Part shown: piece after piece, positions 7,931 to 15,956 of the stretch
Numbering within the stretch: position 1 is the first letter of the stretch
Layout: every line of letters starts with the position of its first letter
Source: a virus
Lineage: Duplodnaviria; Caudoviricetes
Direction: 5' to 3' (one strand)
Virus record (IMG/VR): IMGVR_UViG_3300045771_000051
Span: 1 to 28,509 of that record
DNA length: 28,509 nt
The notes under the pieces: generated by a model
Seen by the model: the letters and a program-made list of their open reading frames with translations, nothing else
Database searches by the model: none
What the model was told of the DNA's origin: nothing
Program-made: the position numbers and the translations under genes

Positions 7931-9313
7931 TCATGCGCCCACCCAGGCGGGGGTTCTGGGCTCACCAACGACTGGCACATACAACTTCATGCAGAGTTCG
8001 GTCCCTGCATCGGTCAATCGCCACTGATACCCTGGACCGTCCTCGCGAAGCTTGCGCACAGCCAATCCCTTATTCAACGCCCAGGGCATCCGTGCCGAGA
8101 ATTGTTTGTTATCGGCCTCATCAAGGTAGTCTTTGGCGGCACTCAACGGCAGCCACTCGCGCCCTTGCTCGATTTGCGCGCGATAGAGAGCCACCAACAT
8201 CCGCGCCAAGGGCATGGGGATTTTGGCAATCTCGGCGTCTGGGGCCGAGATTTTGCCTCTTGTGTATGCCCCTTTGCCGACCGGCGGCGCAAAACGCGGC
8301 TTGCCAAACAGTTCCGCACGGGGCGACTTGAGCGGATCGACGGGTTCCGGCGCCACCGGTAAGGCGAACACTGGCTCAGCCGGAGGCTTGGTGACCGGCT
8401 CAGGGAGCTTGGGAGCGACTTCCGCGACTACCGGTGGGGGTGGCGTCACGACGGCGGGGGGAGCGGTCTGGACGGCGGGGGGAGCGGTCACGACGGCGGG
8501 GGGAGCGGTCACGACGGCGGGGGGAGCCTCGCTCGCTTGCGGCCTCGGTTTGAGCACGTAACGGGCTATCGTCTCAGGATAGCTCAAAACCGATGCCAAT
8601 TCCTTGGCATGCAGCGGGATAATCAAACAATCGCCTGCCGCTCCGATCAACTCATGCGCAAGCCGGATGATCATAACTTCGGCCGGAACATATTCGAGCT
8701 TCGGGGTGTAAACCAGATAGCCCTCGTCGGAGACTTTTAAGCTATCGGGCGCGCCCGCAGCGGACGCTGAAGAGTCGATTTCACCGATGGCGCCCACCGG
8801 TTTCGCAGGAGATGGCATGGCTGAAGCCCTATTCTCGGAATGATCGGAAGACGCCTCAGACGGGATGTTAGCGCGGGAAGATGATGGGGCGCCAGTGGCT
8901 GAGGGAGGATCGGTGCGTTGCAGCGATCTAAAATTGGCAACGGCTGTATCATAGTCGATGCCGGGTTCGCCTTTATCTGTGCGATCTAATCTAGCAAACA
9001 CTGCCGCCACATCTATATCGGCCGGTGTCCCGCCGCTGTATTCAACCTCGGGTTTTGGGGGACTGACCCTAGGCGGACCGTTGACGGTGATATTCGGTGA
9101 GTAGCCGTTTTGGATAAGCAATCGTCGCAAGATTGCCGCCGCGTTCAAATTAGCCCGATAGTCACCGCCCTTGTAAGGATAATTCCGGGTGACGTTGTTG
9201 AGTTGAAAACAAAGCGCCGGAGCGCCACTCACATTCCTGTCTTCAAACTCAATATGGAACTCGGCTAAGACCTCGACCAGTTTTTCCCGCATCTGACGAT
9301 CTGGCTCTCGCAT
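7931..9313 (-). CDS. multi-domain protein: HicA-like N-terminal module, Pro/Ala linkers, C-terminal wHTH-like region
   Basis: 460-aa ORF ending before the terminator. N-terminal 'DYRANLNAAAILRRLL'; C-terminal 'WALNKGLAVR...YQWRLTDAG'. Domain calls are by eye. Confidence 0.7.
   Translation of the reverse strand: MREPDRQMREKLVEVLAEFHIEFEDRNVSGAPALCFQLNNVTRNYPYKGGDYRANLNAAAILRRLLIQNGYSPNITVNGPPRVSPPKPEVEYSGGTPADIDVAAVFARLDRTDKGEPGIDYDTAVANFRSLQRTDPPSATGAPSSSRANIPSEASSDHSENRASAMPSPAKPVGAIGEIDSSASAAGAPDSLKVSDEGYLVYTPKLEYVPAEVMIIRLAHELIGAAGDCLIIPLHAKELASVLSYPETIARYVLKPRPQASEAPPAVVTAPPAVVTAPPAVQTAPPAVVTPPPPVVAEVAPKLPEPVTKPPAEPVFALPVAPEPVDPLKSPRAELFGKPRFAPPVGKGAYTRGKISAPDAEIAKIPMPLARMLVALYRAQIEQGREWLPLSAAKDYLDEADNKQFSARMPWALNKGLAVRKLREDGPGYQWRLTDAGTELCMKLYVPVVGEPRTPAWVGA
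8445..8527. repeat. 4 x 21-bp tandem repeat encoding (APPAVVT)n
   Basis: gtcacgacggcggggggagcg at 8445, 8466 (gtctgg variant), 8487 and 8508. Confidence 0.95.
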
Positions 9314-9394
9314 CGCAATAACCTTTCACTTTGCCTATGGCTTCCTGCCTGATCCACTCCGCCGACAGCAGTACTGCCGCACGTTTCGTGAGGC

Positions 9395-9700
9395 TCATTC
9401 GACCATCGGCGATCGGCAACGAAGTTGTGGCGCATGATTCCCCACTTCGTCAAGTGCCACCGATTCTGCAACACGCAGAATTGGCATGCCGTCAACCGTG
9501 ATGACCTGCGCCGCATCGACCCGCATGCACACCCGATCGCCCGGCTCCCCCAGAAAAATGAGCCGCTGACCGACCTGCCGAATCCCCGCGACGATCAAAA
9601 TACCCGACGGCGCATACCGATCAGGCGGCTGAATTTGCAGAATTGTTCTTCGTTTGATCACACCTCGGCGGATCAGCGCCAGAGCCAGACTTTGATGCAT
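9395..9700 (-). CDS. hypothetical phage protein (101 aa)
   Basis: ORF co-oriented downstream of dnaJ; 'ITVDGMPILRVA' motif. Confidence 0.6.
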   Translation of the reverse strand: MHQSLALALIRRGVIKRRTILQIQPPDRYAPSGILIVAGIRQVGQRLIFLGEPGDRVCMRVDAAQVITVDGMPILRVAESVALDEVGNHAPQLRCRSPMVE

Positions 9701-9735
9701 CGTGGTTGCCCCATTTCAGCAAGAGCGGCGCCGAA

Positions 9736-10506
9736 TCAGACGCCTAGCTGGTCGATGGTCTGCCGTTGGTCGATATTCAGCGCGGGAAAGCTGATTTTCA
9801 ATTCGACAAACAGATCGCCGCGACCATTACCATTCGGCATGCCTTGTCCCGCGAGACGCAGACGCCGACTGGTATCAAAGCCCGTTGGGATGGTGGTGCG
9901 CAGGGCTTGGCCATCGATTCCGATGGTTTCGATAGGCATCTGCTTCAACACATCGAGGGCGGATACCGGCACAGCAATGTGCAGATTGTTACCATCACGG
10001 ATGAAGCGGGCGTGCGGCAGAATCAGGATTTGGATGTACAGATCGCCCGGCCGCTGATTGCTGATATTGTTCTCACCTGCCTGCTGCACCACCAATTGCA
10101 TACCATGCACGACACCGGGCGGAATGTTGACCTGAAGGGGTCGCGCACCCGAAACGCCCTGGATATCCACAGTTTTGCCGGTAAACGCCTCTTCCAGGGT
10201 CAGTTGACAGGAGGCCTGAAGATGATTGTTACGAGCGCGATGTAGGTTTGCAAACAAATCATCGAAAACGCTGCCAGTGGAAAAATGAAATCCCGCTTGG
10301 GGATGGCCGAACTGTGCCGGTTGCACCCTCTCAGGGTTTTCGATCGCATCGTAAGCGGCATTGATCTCCTTGAACCGCGCTTCCTTGGCAGGATCATTGG
10401 GAAACAGATCAGGATGGCATCCTTTGGCCAAGCGTTTAAACGCCAGTTTGGCATCTTCGACTGACGCGCTGCGCGGAATACCAAGAACAATGTATGGATC
10501 ATTCAT
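9736..10506 (-). CDS. dnaJ: DnaJ/CbpA-type class II J-domain co-chaperone
   Basis: J-domain DPYIVLG...HPD...FKEINAAY, short G/F linker, DnaJ_C (LTLEEAFTG, GDLYIQI, LRLAGQGMP, GDLFV). No zinc finger. Confidence 0.95.
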   Translation of the reverse strand: MNDPYIVLGIPRSASVEDAKLAFKRLAKGCHPDLFPNDPAKEARFKEINAAYDAIENPERVQPAQFGHPQAGFHFSTGSVFDDLFANLHRARNNHLQASCQLTLEEAFTGKTVDIQGVSGARPLQVNIPPGVVHGMQLVVQQAGENNISNQRPGDLYIQILILPHARFIRDGNNLHIAVPVSALDVLKQMPIETIGIDGQALRTTIPTGFDTSRRLRLAGQGMPNGNGRGDLFVELKISFPALNIDQRQTIDQLGV

Positions 10507-10865
10507 GGCGTTACCGGCGCTCCACCAGAGCGTGTTTGAATAATATTGGTCAACATGATCACAACCGCCTTTTGTTCTTTTATGTAACGTTGTATATCGA
10601 GCAAGTTCAATGACAGCGCTTTGAAGTTCTGTTCGTCAAGAACGATGAAAATCGTCGGCGCTTTGAGTTTCGACGTCAGCGCTTTCATTTGTTCGATTGT
10701 GACAACCTGCCAGTTTACTGGCTCCATTGTCAACGGTTCTATGAGCGGTATCGCAACTGGCTGATCGGTCTGCGCGACAAACACCGGTTTCGTCGTGCAA
10801 CCAAGAAGCAGGACGATCAGCAGACTATTGGCTGCGAGTCGTAGTTTGCAGATCGTTGAACACAT
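10503..10865 (-). CDS. o-spanin-like (Rz1-like) lipoprotein
   Basis: Signal and lipobox 'LLIVLLLG-C' then Pro-rich segment and helical C-terminus. 5' end overlaps the 3' end of the i-spanin in another frame. Start approximate. Confidence 0.7.
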   Translation of the reverse strand: MCSTICKLRLAANSLLIVLLLGCTTKPVFVAQTDQPVAIPLIEPLTMEPVNWQVVTIEQMKALTSKLKAPTIFIVLDEQNFKALSLNLLDIQRYIKEQKAVVIMLTNIIQTRSGGAPVTP

Positions 10866-11175
10866 CAGCCATACTTTTGTTGATATCGATTTGTAATTTG
10901 GTCGGCGCCGTGGTGGAAAAGTTCTGCGTCTGCACCGCATGCATGGCCTGGGTGGCGTCCAACCGGGCACGCGCGATCGCTTGCCCGGCGAGCAACTGGG
11001 CCGCCACCACGTGCGCGACATCTTGCTCCATCCGGGCATTGCTGAGGGCCATCAAGTCGGTGGTGGTCTTTAGCGCCGCGATACGATCCGATTGAATCTT
11101 GACGTACATCCCCAGCAACGCTAACAACACCATCAAACTGACAATCGGGATCACCGATTTAAATAAACCGAACAT
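10825..11175 (-). CDS. i-spanin-like (Rz-like) membrane protein
   Basis: Single N-terminal TM (VIPIVSLMVLLALLGMYV) then Ala/Gln-rich helices. TAAATA 5 nt before ATG 11175. Confidence 0.72.
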   Translation of the reverse strand: MFGLFKSVIPIVSLMVLLALLGMYVKIQSDRIAALKTTTDLMALSNARMEQDVAHVVAAQLLAGQAIARARLDATQAMHAVQTQNFSTTAPTKLQIDINKSMADVFNDLQTTTRSQ

Positions 11176-11180
11176 GGTGC

Positions 11181-11186
11181 TATTTA
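11181..11186 (-). promoter_or_regulatory. late promoter box TAAATA
   Basis: TAAATA-gcacc-ATG(11175). Confidence 0.65.
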
Positions 11187-11222
11187 GCAGGCCATAACCC
11201 TCACCCACTTTCGGAGTCCTGC

Positions 11223-11933
11223 ATGCGGATTTTCATCGGCCGGGATTATTATGATATCGGTCTCAGCAGCGGCCATGACGATGCTCTGGTCTTCCAGCGG
11301 CGGGAAGACTGGATACTGAGTGACCAGGAAGTCGAAGCCGTTGGTTTTCCCAGTCGCCGCTCGATGAAGCTGTCACTACGCTCATGGCACGACAAATCGG
11401 GCATTACCCATACCGACGATCCGTTCGTTATGAACCGCGTGAGCTATCACGTGTATCCCGTGGTGGTCGGTTTTTGCGGCAAGTTATACTACGCTTTCGC
11501 CACCGTGATTGGCGATGCCGCGCCGGTCGTGCAGTGGACCGAAGCCGATTTTGTGCACTGGTTAGACGACCAGGAGATCGAGGTCGTGACGGCAAGATGG
11601 CATAACACGACAACGGTCAAGAGCTATTACGGGCAGACGATCACTCCGGCGATCTATCATTGGATGGTGGCCTCGCGAATCACCACGCTGAGCTACATTG
11701 GCGAGTATCCGAGCAGTGTGTGGCATGTCAATGCGCCGAATCTAAAGGATGCGCAGTTCGCCAAAGTGTTCGATCCCTATATGGCCTTCCAGGAGATTGC
11801 CTTGTGGGTTGGCGGCATCCTGAGCGGCACCGAAAATCCGATTGTGCAGATTACCGATGATCTTGTGAAAATCGAAAAGCACGGGTTCGACAAGAAACTC
11901 AGCTTTCGAAAAGCGAAATCAACCGGCCGATGA
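11223..11933 (+). CDS. conserved-looking phage hypothetical protein (236 aa)
   Basis: RBS GGAG upstream. Motif-like 'DYYD', 'VGFCGKLY', 'DPYMAFQEI', 'KIEKHGFDKKLSFR'. Confidence 0.8.
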   Translation: MRIFIGRDYYDIGLSSGHDDALVFQRREDWILSDQEVEAVGFPSRRSMKLSLRSWHDKSGITHTDDPFVMNRVSYHVYPVVVGFCGKLYYAFATVIGDAAPVVQWTEADFVHWLDDQEIEVVTARWHNTTTVKSYYGQTITPAIYHWMVASRITTLSYIGEYPSSVWHVNAPNLKDAQFAKVFDPYMAFQEIALWVGGILSGTENPIVQITDDLVKIEKHGFDKKLSFRKAKSTGR

Positions 11934-11935
11934 AA

Positions 11936-12832
11936 TCACAGATCGATTGGCGAGCGAAGCCCCTTGTACACCGGCATGCGCGGCAAGTCCTTCACCCCGA
12001 CATTGAAATACGTATAGGCGACGATGCGGCCTAATAGCTCGTCGCGATTGTTCCAGAAGCTGGCTCGGGTTGCCGCATCAAATCCAGAACCGATGTTGAA
12101 CACGACATTGTCGAATGCCGTCAATCCCCTTACCACCAGGGCACCCAGTGTGCCCTTGGCGGTGAGATTGGCCTTGTGCGAACTCCGCTTCGTACGACCC
12201 AGTTCATCGATGCGGGCCTGATTGCCATTGTTCATCTCTTCTTCGAAGCCGATGATGACGGCTTCGGCATCGCTAAAGCGTTTCACCTTGAGCAGATAGC
12301 CCTCGTTGAGGGTCGAGCGACCTTGTTTGTAGGGGCTGTTAGGATCGCGCAACATGACGCCTTCAAAGCCATTCGCCAGCGCGGCTTCTTCGTAGCGGAC
12401 AAGCTGGTCGAGATTATGCACCTCGACGAAATCGAGCAGATGCACACGGGCCAGGGAACGATCAAGCCGGGTGGCATGCTTGATCCGATCGGCAAACCTG
12501 CCCGGCTGATTCCAGCAGTCGAACACGAAATAAGTGAAATCCGGCTGCCATGCTGCGGTCATGATGCCCGAAGTACTGGTGGTGTAGACATTCGGCGCAT
12601 TGACCGGTCCGACCACCAATTCGCCATCCAAACCTTCCAGCGCTGTGGCATGAGTCGCGAAGTACTCAGCAATAAACCGATTTGGCAGGGGTTTCATGGT
12701 ACGCGATCGAGCGATTCCGCTCATCGCCAAAGTCCTGATGCCGTCGATTTTAGGACTGGCGAGCTTGGGGAAAACGATTTTGCTCAGATCGGCGTTTTCA
12801 GCCAGCATTGGACGAAATGGTTTACCTGACAT
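11936..12832 (-). CDS. lig: minimal ATP-dependent DNA ligase
   Basis: PMLA, motif I SPKIDGIR, III LDGEL, IIIa FVFD, IV FEGVMLRD, V LLKVKRF, and OB domain (IGSGF...PRMP). Start MSGKPF at 12832. Confidence 0.95.
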   Translation of the reverse strand: MSGKPFRPMLAENADLSKIVFPKLASPKIDGIRTLAMSGIARSRTMKPLPNRFIAEYFATHATALEGLDGELVVGPVNAPNVYTTSTSGIMTAAWQPDFTYFVFDCWNQPGRFADRIKHATRLDRSLARVHLLDFVEVHNLDQLVRYEEAALANGFEGVMLRDPNSPYKQGRSTLNEGYLLKVKRFSDAEAVIIGFEEEMNNGNQARIDELGRTKRSSHKANLTAKGTLGALVVRGLTAFDNVVFNIGSGFDAATRASFWNNRDELLGRIVAYTYFNVGVKDLPRMPVYKGLRSPIDL

Positions 12833-12839
12833 GGCAGGA

Positions 12840-12868
12840 ATCCTAGTGGGCTGATAATGCGCTGTCAA
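12840..12868 (-). promoter_or_regulatory. sigma70-type promoter TTGACA-N17-TAGGAT for the ligase
   Basis: Consensus -35, 17-bp spacer, near-consensus -10; ATG lies 7 nt after the -10 box. Confidence 0.7.
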
Positions 12869-12869
12869 T

Positions 12870-13433
12870 TCACAGCGGAGCGAAGAAGATCGACAGACTG
12901 CCGACACTGGTCAAAAACGACGAGACCTGAATCCCCAGGGCATCGCCGATGGCCAAAGACAACGCGGCATTATTCGGGATTAATGGCAATACCTGACTGA
13001 CCAGCGGGATTCCATTGGTCGCGAAGGGCACACTGGTGATCGGAATCCCGGTGCTAACGGGCTGCCCATTCCGCACCATGACCACGGATAGCGCGGAAGC
13101 CTGGGCATTGGCCGATTCCAGTCGCGCGATCACGGCCGTCACCACGACTGGGTACGCCGCAATGAAATGACAGGTATTGTTCAGATTATTGCCAGCGGAC
13201 CAGTGAACTTGGCAGGAAATCACCGAAGACACCATCGGCAGACCCGGTAGGGCATTGACCGAGATGATCACATCAACTCCAGAATCGCCAGCAACCAATT
13301 TGATTCCTGCTCCAGCAATCAAGGATTTCACGGCGAGAATCGGATTCGTCGAAGAGGTATTACCAGCAGCCGCTAGGGATGTGCCCAAACCGGCAGAAAC
13401 CAGGGAAACAGATTGCAGGGGCATCAGCACCAT
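12870..13433 (-). CDS. late, beta-rich probable virion/tail protein (187 aa)
   Basis: 'VKSLIAGAGIKL' tail-fibre-type motif; S/A/G/V-rich; TAAATA at 13446-13451 upstream. Confidence 0.7.
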   Translation of the reverse strand: MVLMPLQSVSLVSAGLGTSLAAAGNTSSTNPILAVKSLIAGAGIKLVAGDSGVDVIISVNALPGLPMVSSVISCQVHWSAGNNLNNTCHFIAAYPVVVTAVIARLESANAQASALSVVMVRNGQPVSTGIPITSVPFATNGIPLVSQVLPLIPNNAALSLAIGDALGIQVSSFLTSVGSLSIFFAPL

Positions 13434-13445
13434 CCATTAAACCGG

Positions 13446-13451
13446 TATTTA
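13446..13451 (-). promoter_or_regulatory. late promoter box TAAATA
   Basis: 12 nt upstream of ATG 13433. Confidence 0.55.
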
Positions 13452-13484
13452 GATGTCGAGAAGGGACTTGGCGCGGCCCCATTC

Positions 13485-14195
13485 GCGGGTGGCAAGCACC
13501 CGCTCAGGCGCACGCGGTCAGCTTGAAGTTCTACAGGTTTCGCTCCGCAAGCTGCGCGAAACCTGTAGAAACTTGCTGCGCTGCCATCTTTTTTCATCTT
13601 CGGTGGTGTTCATTAGAGATAATTCTTAGAATATTTCTTCTTGCCGGAGGCCAACAATCTTTCCTAGATATTGATCGCTTTCTTCCCCCCATGACCAGAC
13701 AGAACGCTGACATCCCGAAGGATGTCGATGATCTGGTCAGAAGGGAAGAAAAACGAAGTTACCTTTCCTGAGTATCTTCACGCCCATAAGCGACCTGTCG
13801 GTGGTAGCCGACTGCTGGTGGTTCACCCGAAACCAGCGGCTCGCCCTCTCTCTTTTTCTTTCGAAAAATGAACGGTTATCTTTTTCAGTGCTGAAAAAGA
13901 AGCCACATCTACAACTATGGAGGGATCGTAGATGCGTGGATAGTTGCCAATCGTCAGGCATGGCTATCCTCTTGCACAATGCCTTTTCGATGGCTCTGGG
14001 CCATCCCGGCAGCCGTTACTCATCTCCTTGACGGGATGATGTCCGACCGGTCGGCTGCGATGCCTCATACTACCGCCGGTCAGTCGTCCCGGTTTCGCGT
14101 CATGGGCAGACGATGCGCCCAATAATAATCGTCTTCGCAATCAATCATTGATTTGGGTAGGTTCAGAAGCCAAGACCCTGAACGATATCTACCAA
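13485..14195 (-). ncRNA. candidate large (about 700 nt) structured non-coding RNA, family not recognised
   Basis: No credible ORF; at least 12 helices read directly from the sequence; cUUCGg and GAAA loops on the minus strand; H-type pseudoknot; perfect TATAAATA immediately upstream. Ends approximate. Confidence 0.65.
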
Positions 14196-14200
14196 TGTAA

Positions 14201-14208
14201 TATTTATA
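14201..14208 (-). promoter_or_regulatory. perfect T4 late promoter TATAAATA
   Basis: + strand tatttata. It lies just downstream of a terminator and points into the ORF-free structured region. Confidence 0.75.
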
Positions 14209-14214
14209 CGGGCC

Positions 14215-14243
14215 AAAAGGAACATCTGGTGAATGTTCCTTTT
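14215..14243. terminator. Rho-independent terminator after the metallophosphoesterase gene
   Basis: aaaaggaacat-ctggtga-atgttcctttt, 11-bp perfect stem including A4/T4 tails, 8 nt past the stop at 14252. Confidence 0.75.
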
Positions 14244-14251
14244 ACGAAAGA

Positions 14252-15034
14252 TTAAATCTCAGTAATCTGTCCGTAGTCGCCGGTTTCGCTGCGATCGCCT
14301 CGGATATAGCCGGTCTGGTTGCTGAGAAATCGGGTCTGATCGATCAGGCGATCGACTGATTGGTGGGTATGTCCCCAAACCACCAAATCCACATGGTATC
14401 GGATCAGGTCGTCTTCGATGCGTGACGCGAAGCTCGGTGACAGTGGATCGTCAATGAACGGATCGAGTACCGCCAATGCGGCGGGCGCATGATGCGTCAT
14501 GACGATGGTTTTCCCGGCGAACGGCCGCTTGATTTGCTCTAGCAGCCATGTCCGTTCGGTGTTGTGCCATAATAGCGTGTCCTGGGGTCGCAGGCGGCGG
14601 TGGCAGTATTGAATCAGACGAAAATCATTCATGGTCCGACTGGCGTGAAACATCGCGATGTCGGGATCGAGCATCAAATTGAAATCCGTCCACAAGGTCG
14701 TGGCGATCAGGCGCACCGGAGCGCCCAGGGGCGTCAGATCGATCGTCTCCTGCTGGAGAACCCGAACATTATCCTTCGAGGTCAGCCGTGCGCGCACCGT
14801 GTCGTAATCGCTGCCATAGAATTCGTGGTTGCCTGCCACCATGAATACGGGCAGGTCGGGAAAAAGGGTGTGCGCGGTGTCCACCGCGCGATCCCCATGA
14901 TCGATATCCCCCGCCAAGAGGATAATATCACTCCCGGCGAGTGTGGCGCGGAGCTTGGACTGCATGACCGCAAAATCACGCGCTTTCCAGAACTCCGCAT
15001 GAAGATCAGAAACGATACCTATACGCATAAGCAT
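14252..15034 (-). CDS. calcineurin-like metallophosphoesterase
   Basis: Motifs SDLH, AGDI, GNHE, THHAP, WGHTH. Confidence 0.93.
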   Translation of the reverse strand: MLMRIGIVSDLHAEFWKARDFAVMQSKLRATLAGSDIILLAGDIDHGDRAVDTAHTLFPDLPVFMVAGNHEFYGSDYDTVRARLTSKDNVRVLQQETIDLTPLGAPVRLIATTLWTDFNLMLDPDIAMFHASRTMNDFRLIQYCHRRLRPQDTLLWHNTERTWLLEQIKRPFAGKTIVMTHHAPAALAVLDPFIDDPLSPSFASRIEDDLIRYHVDLVVWGHTHQSVDRLIDQTRFLSNQTGYIRGDRSETGDYGQITEI

Positions 15035-15072
15035 TATCTATGCATGCTTGGCAGCGCACGGGAGGGTCATGG

Positions 15073-15657
15073 GTGAAAATCTTTTTTCTTGACTTCGAAG
15101 CGTCGTCCTTGGATTCGGACTCCTATCCAATCGAAATTGGCTGGGTAGGCGAGGACGGCCAGGGCGAAAGCTATTTGATCCAGCCGCATTGGTCGTGGCG
15201 GGGATGGTCGAAGCCATCCGAGCGGGTCCATCAAATCAGCCAAGACATGCTGCACACCGCGACGCCAGCCGATACGGTGGCGCGACGGGCGCAGAGCGTG
15301 CTGAGCAATTCGCTGATCATTTCCGATCAGCCGGAATTCGAGCAGTATTGGTTGGAGACCTTGCTGCGGGTGATCGGTGCTCCGCCGTTCAGGGTGAGCA
15401 GTATCCACTCATTGGTCGGTCAGGAGATCAAGCGGGTGATAGCGGCGATCCCGGCCGAACCCAATAGTCGCGAATGGCACAGGCAGGCGCGGATGTTGCT
15501 CGACGAAGCAGAAACAGCGGCGGCTGCCGCTTACGAGGGCGCCAACCTGGGGATCGGGCATTCCCATCGCGCCCTGCCCGACGCAGAAGCCTTGTGGCGC
15601 TCCTGGCGGGCAGTCGTCATGGCGATCGATCGGCTCTGCGAGCTAGCGCGCGAATGA
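15073..15657 (+). CDS. DEDDh (DnaQ-like) 3'-5' exonuclease-family protein
   Basis: ExoI FLDFEASS..YPIEIGW, HQIS, ExoIII HRALPDA. GTG start after RBS GGAGG. Confidence 0.85.
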   Translation: MKIFFLDFEASSLDSDSYPIEIGWVGEDGQGESYLIQPHWSWRGWSKPSERVHQISQDMLHTATPADTVARRAQSVLSNSLIISDQPEFEQYWLETLLRVIGAPPFRVSSIHSLVGQEIKRVIAAIPAEPNSREWHRQARMLLDEAETAAAAAYEGANLGIGHSHRALPDAEALWRSWRAVVMAIDRLCELARE

Positions 15658-15686
15658 GTTGATCTTATCAAGATGCACAACAGAAA

Positions 15687-15956
15687 CTAGCTTTCGGCCA
15701 ATAAATCGCGGGCGAGCATCACATCGATGTGTTCCAAGGCGGCGAGGACGATTGCCCCGGCCTTAATCAGATCATCTTCAAAATCGCTGCGGAGCGGCGC
15801 AGTGTGCAGCGAGCCGCTATCGCGACTGGCATATTTGCAAATCAGGGCGATCCAGTCATTGGGGCGGTTGTGTAGGTCGAATTCGCGACCGGGCAGATTG
15901 AACTGCCGATCGCGTTCATCGACGATCCGTTTGACCAAATCAGATCGATGTGTCAT
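15687..15956 (-). CDS. small all-helical protein, MazG-like NTP pyrophosphatase fold possible
   Basis: 'DERDRQ...NDWIALI...EDDLIKAGAIVLAALE'. Confidence 0.6.
   Translation of the reverse strand: MTHRSDLVKRIVDERDRQFNLPGREFDLHNRPNDWIALICKYASRDSGSLHTAPLRSDFEDDLIKAGAIVLAALEHIDVMLARDLLAES

Noticed and set aside
8445-8527. Repeat as a CRISPR array
   Set aside because: Contiguous in-frame units with no spacers; a coding tandem repeat.
13760-13845. Group II intron domain V (GAGCCG...) or group I S-element (GAAGAUA...) resemblance on the minus strand
   Set aside because: Bulge spacing and loop do not fit domain V, no matching P7/R element, and no interrupted host gene.
13379-14031. ORFs 13379..13771, 13737..13979 and 13801..14031
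   Set aside because: Short, mutually overlapping, no RBS or motifs; they run through palindromes and homopolymer tracts.
13485-14195. tRNA, tmRNA or RNase P identity
   Set aside because: No cloverleaf with T-loop/CCA, no tmRNA termini, no GAGGAAAGUCC P4 signature on either strand by eye.
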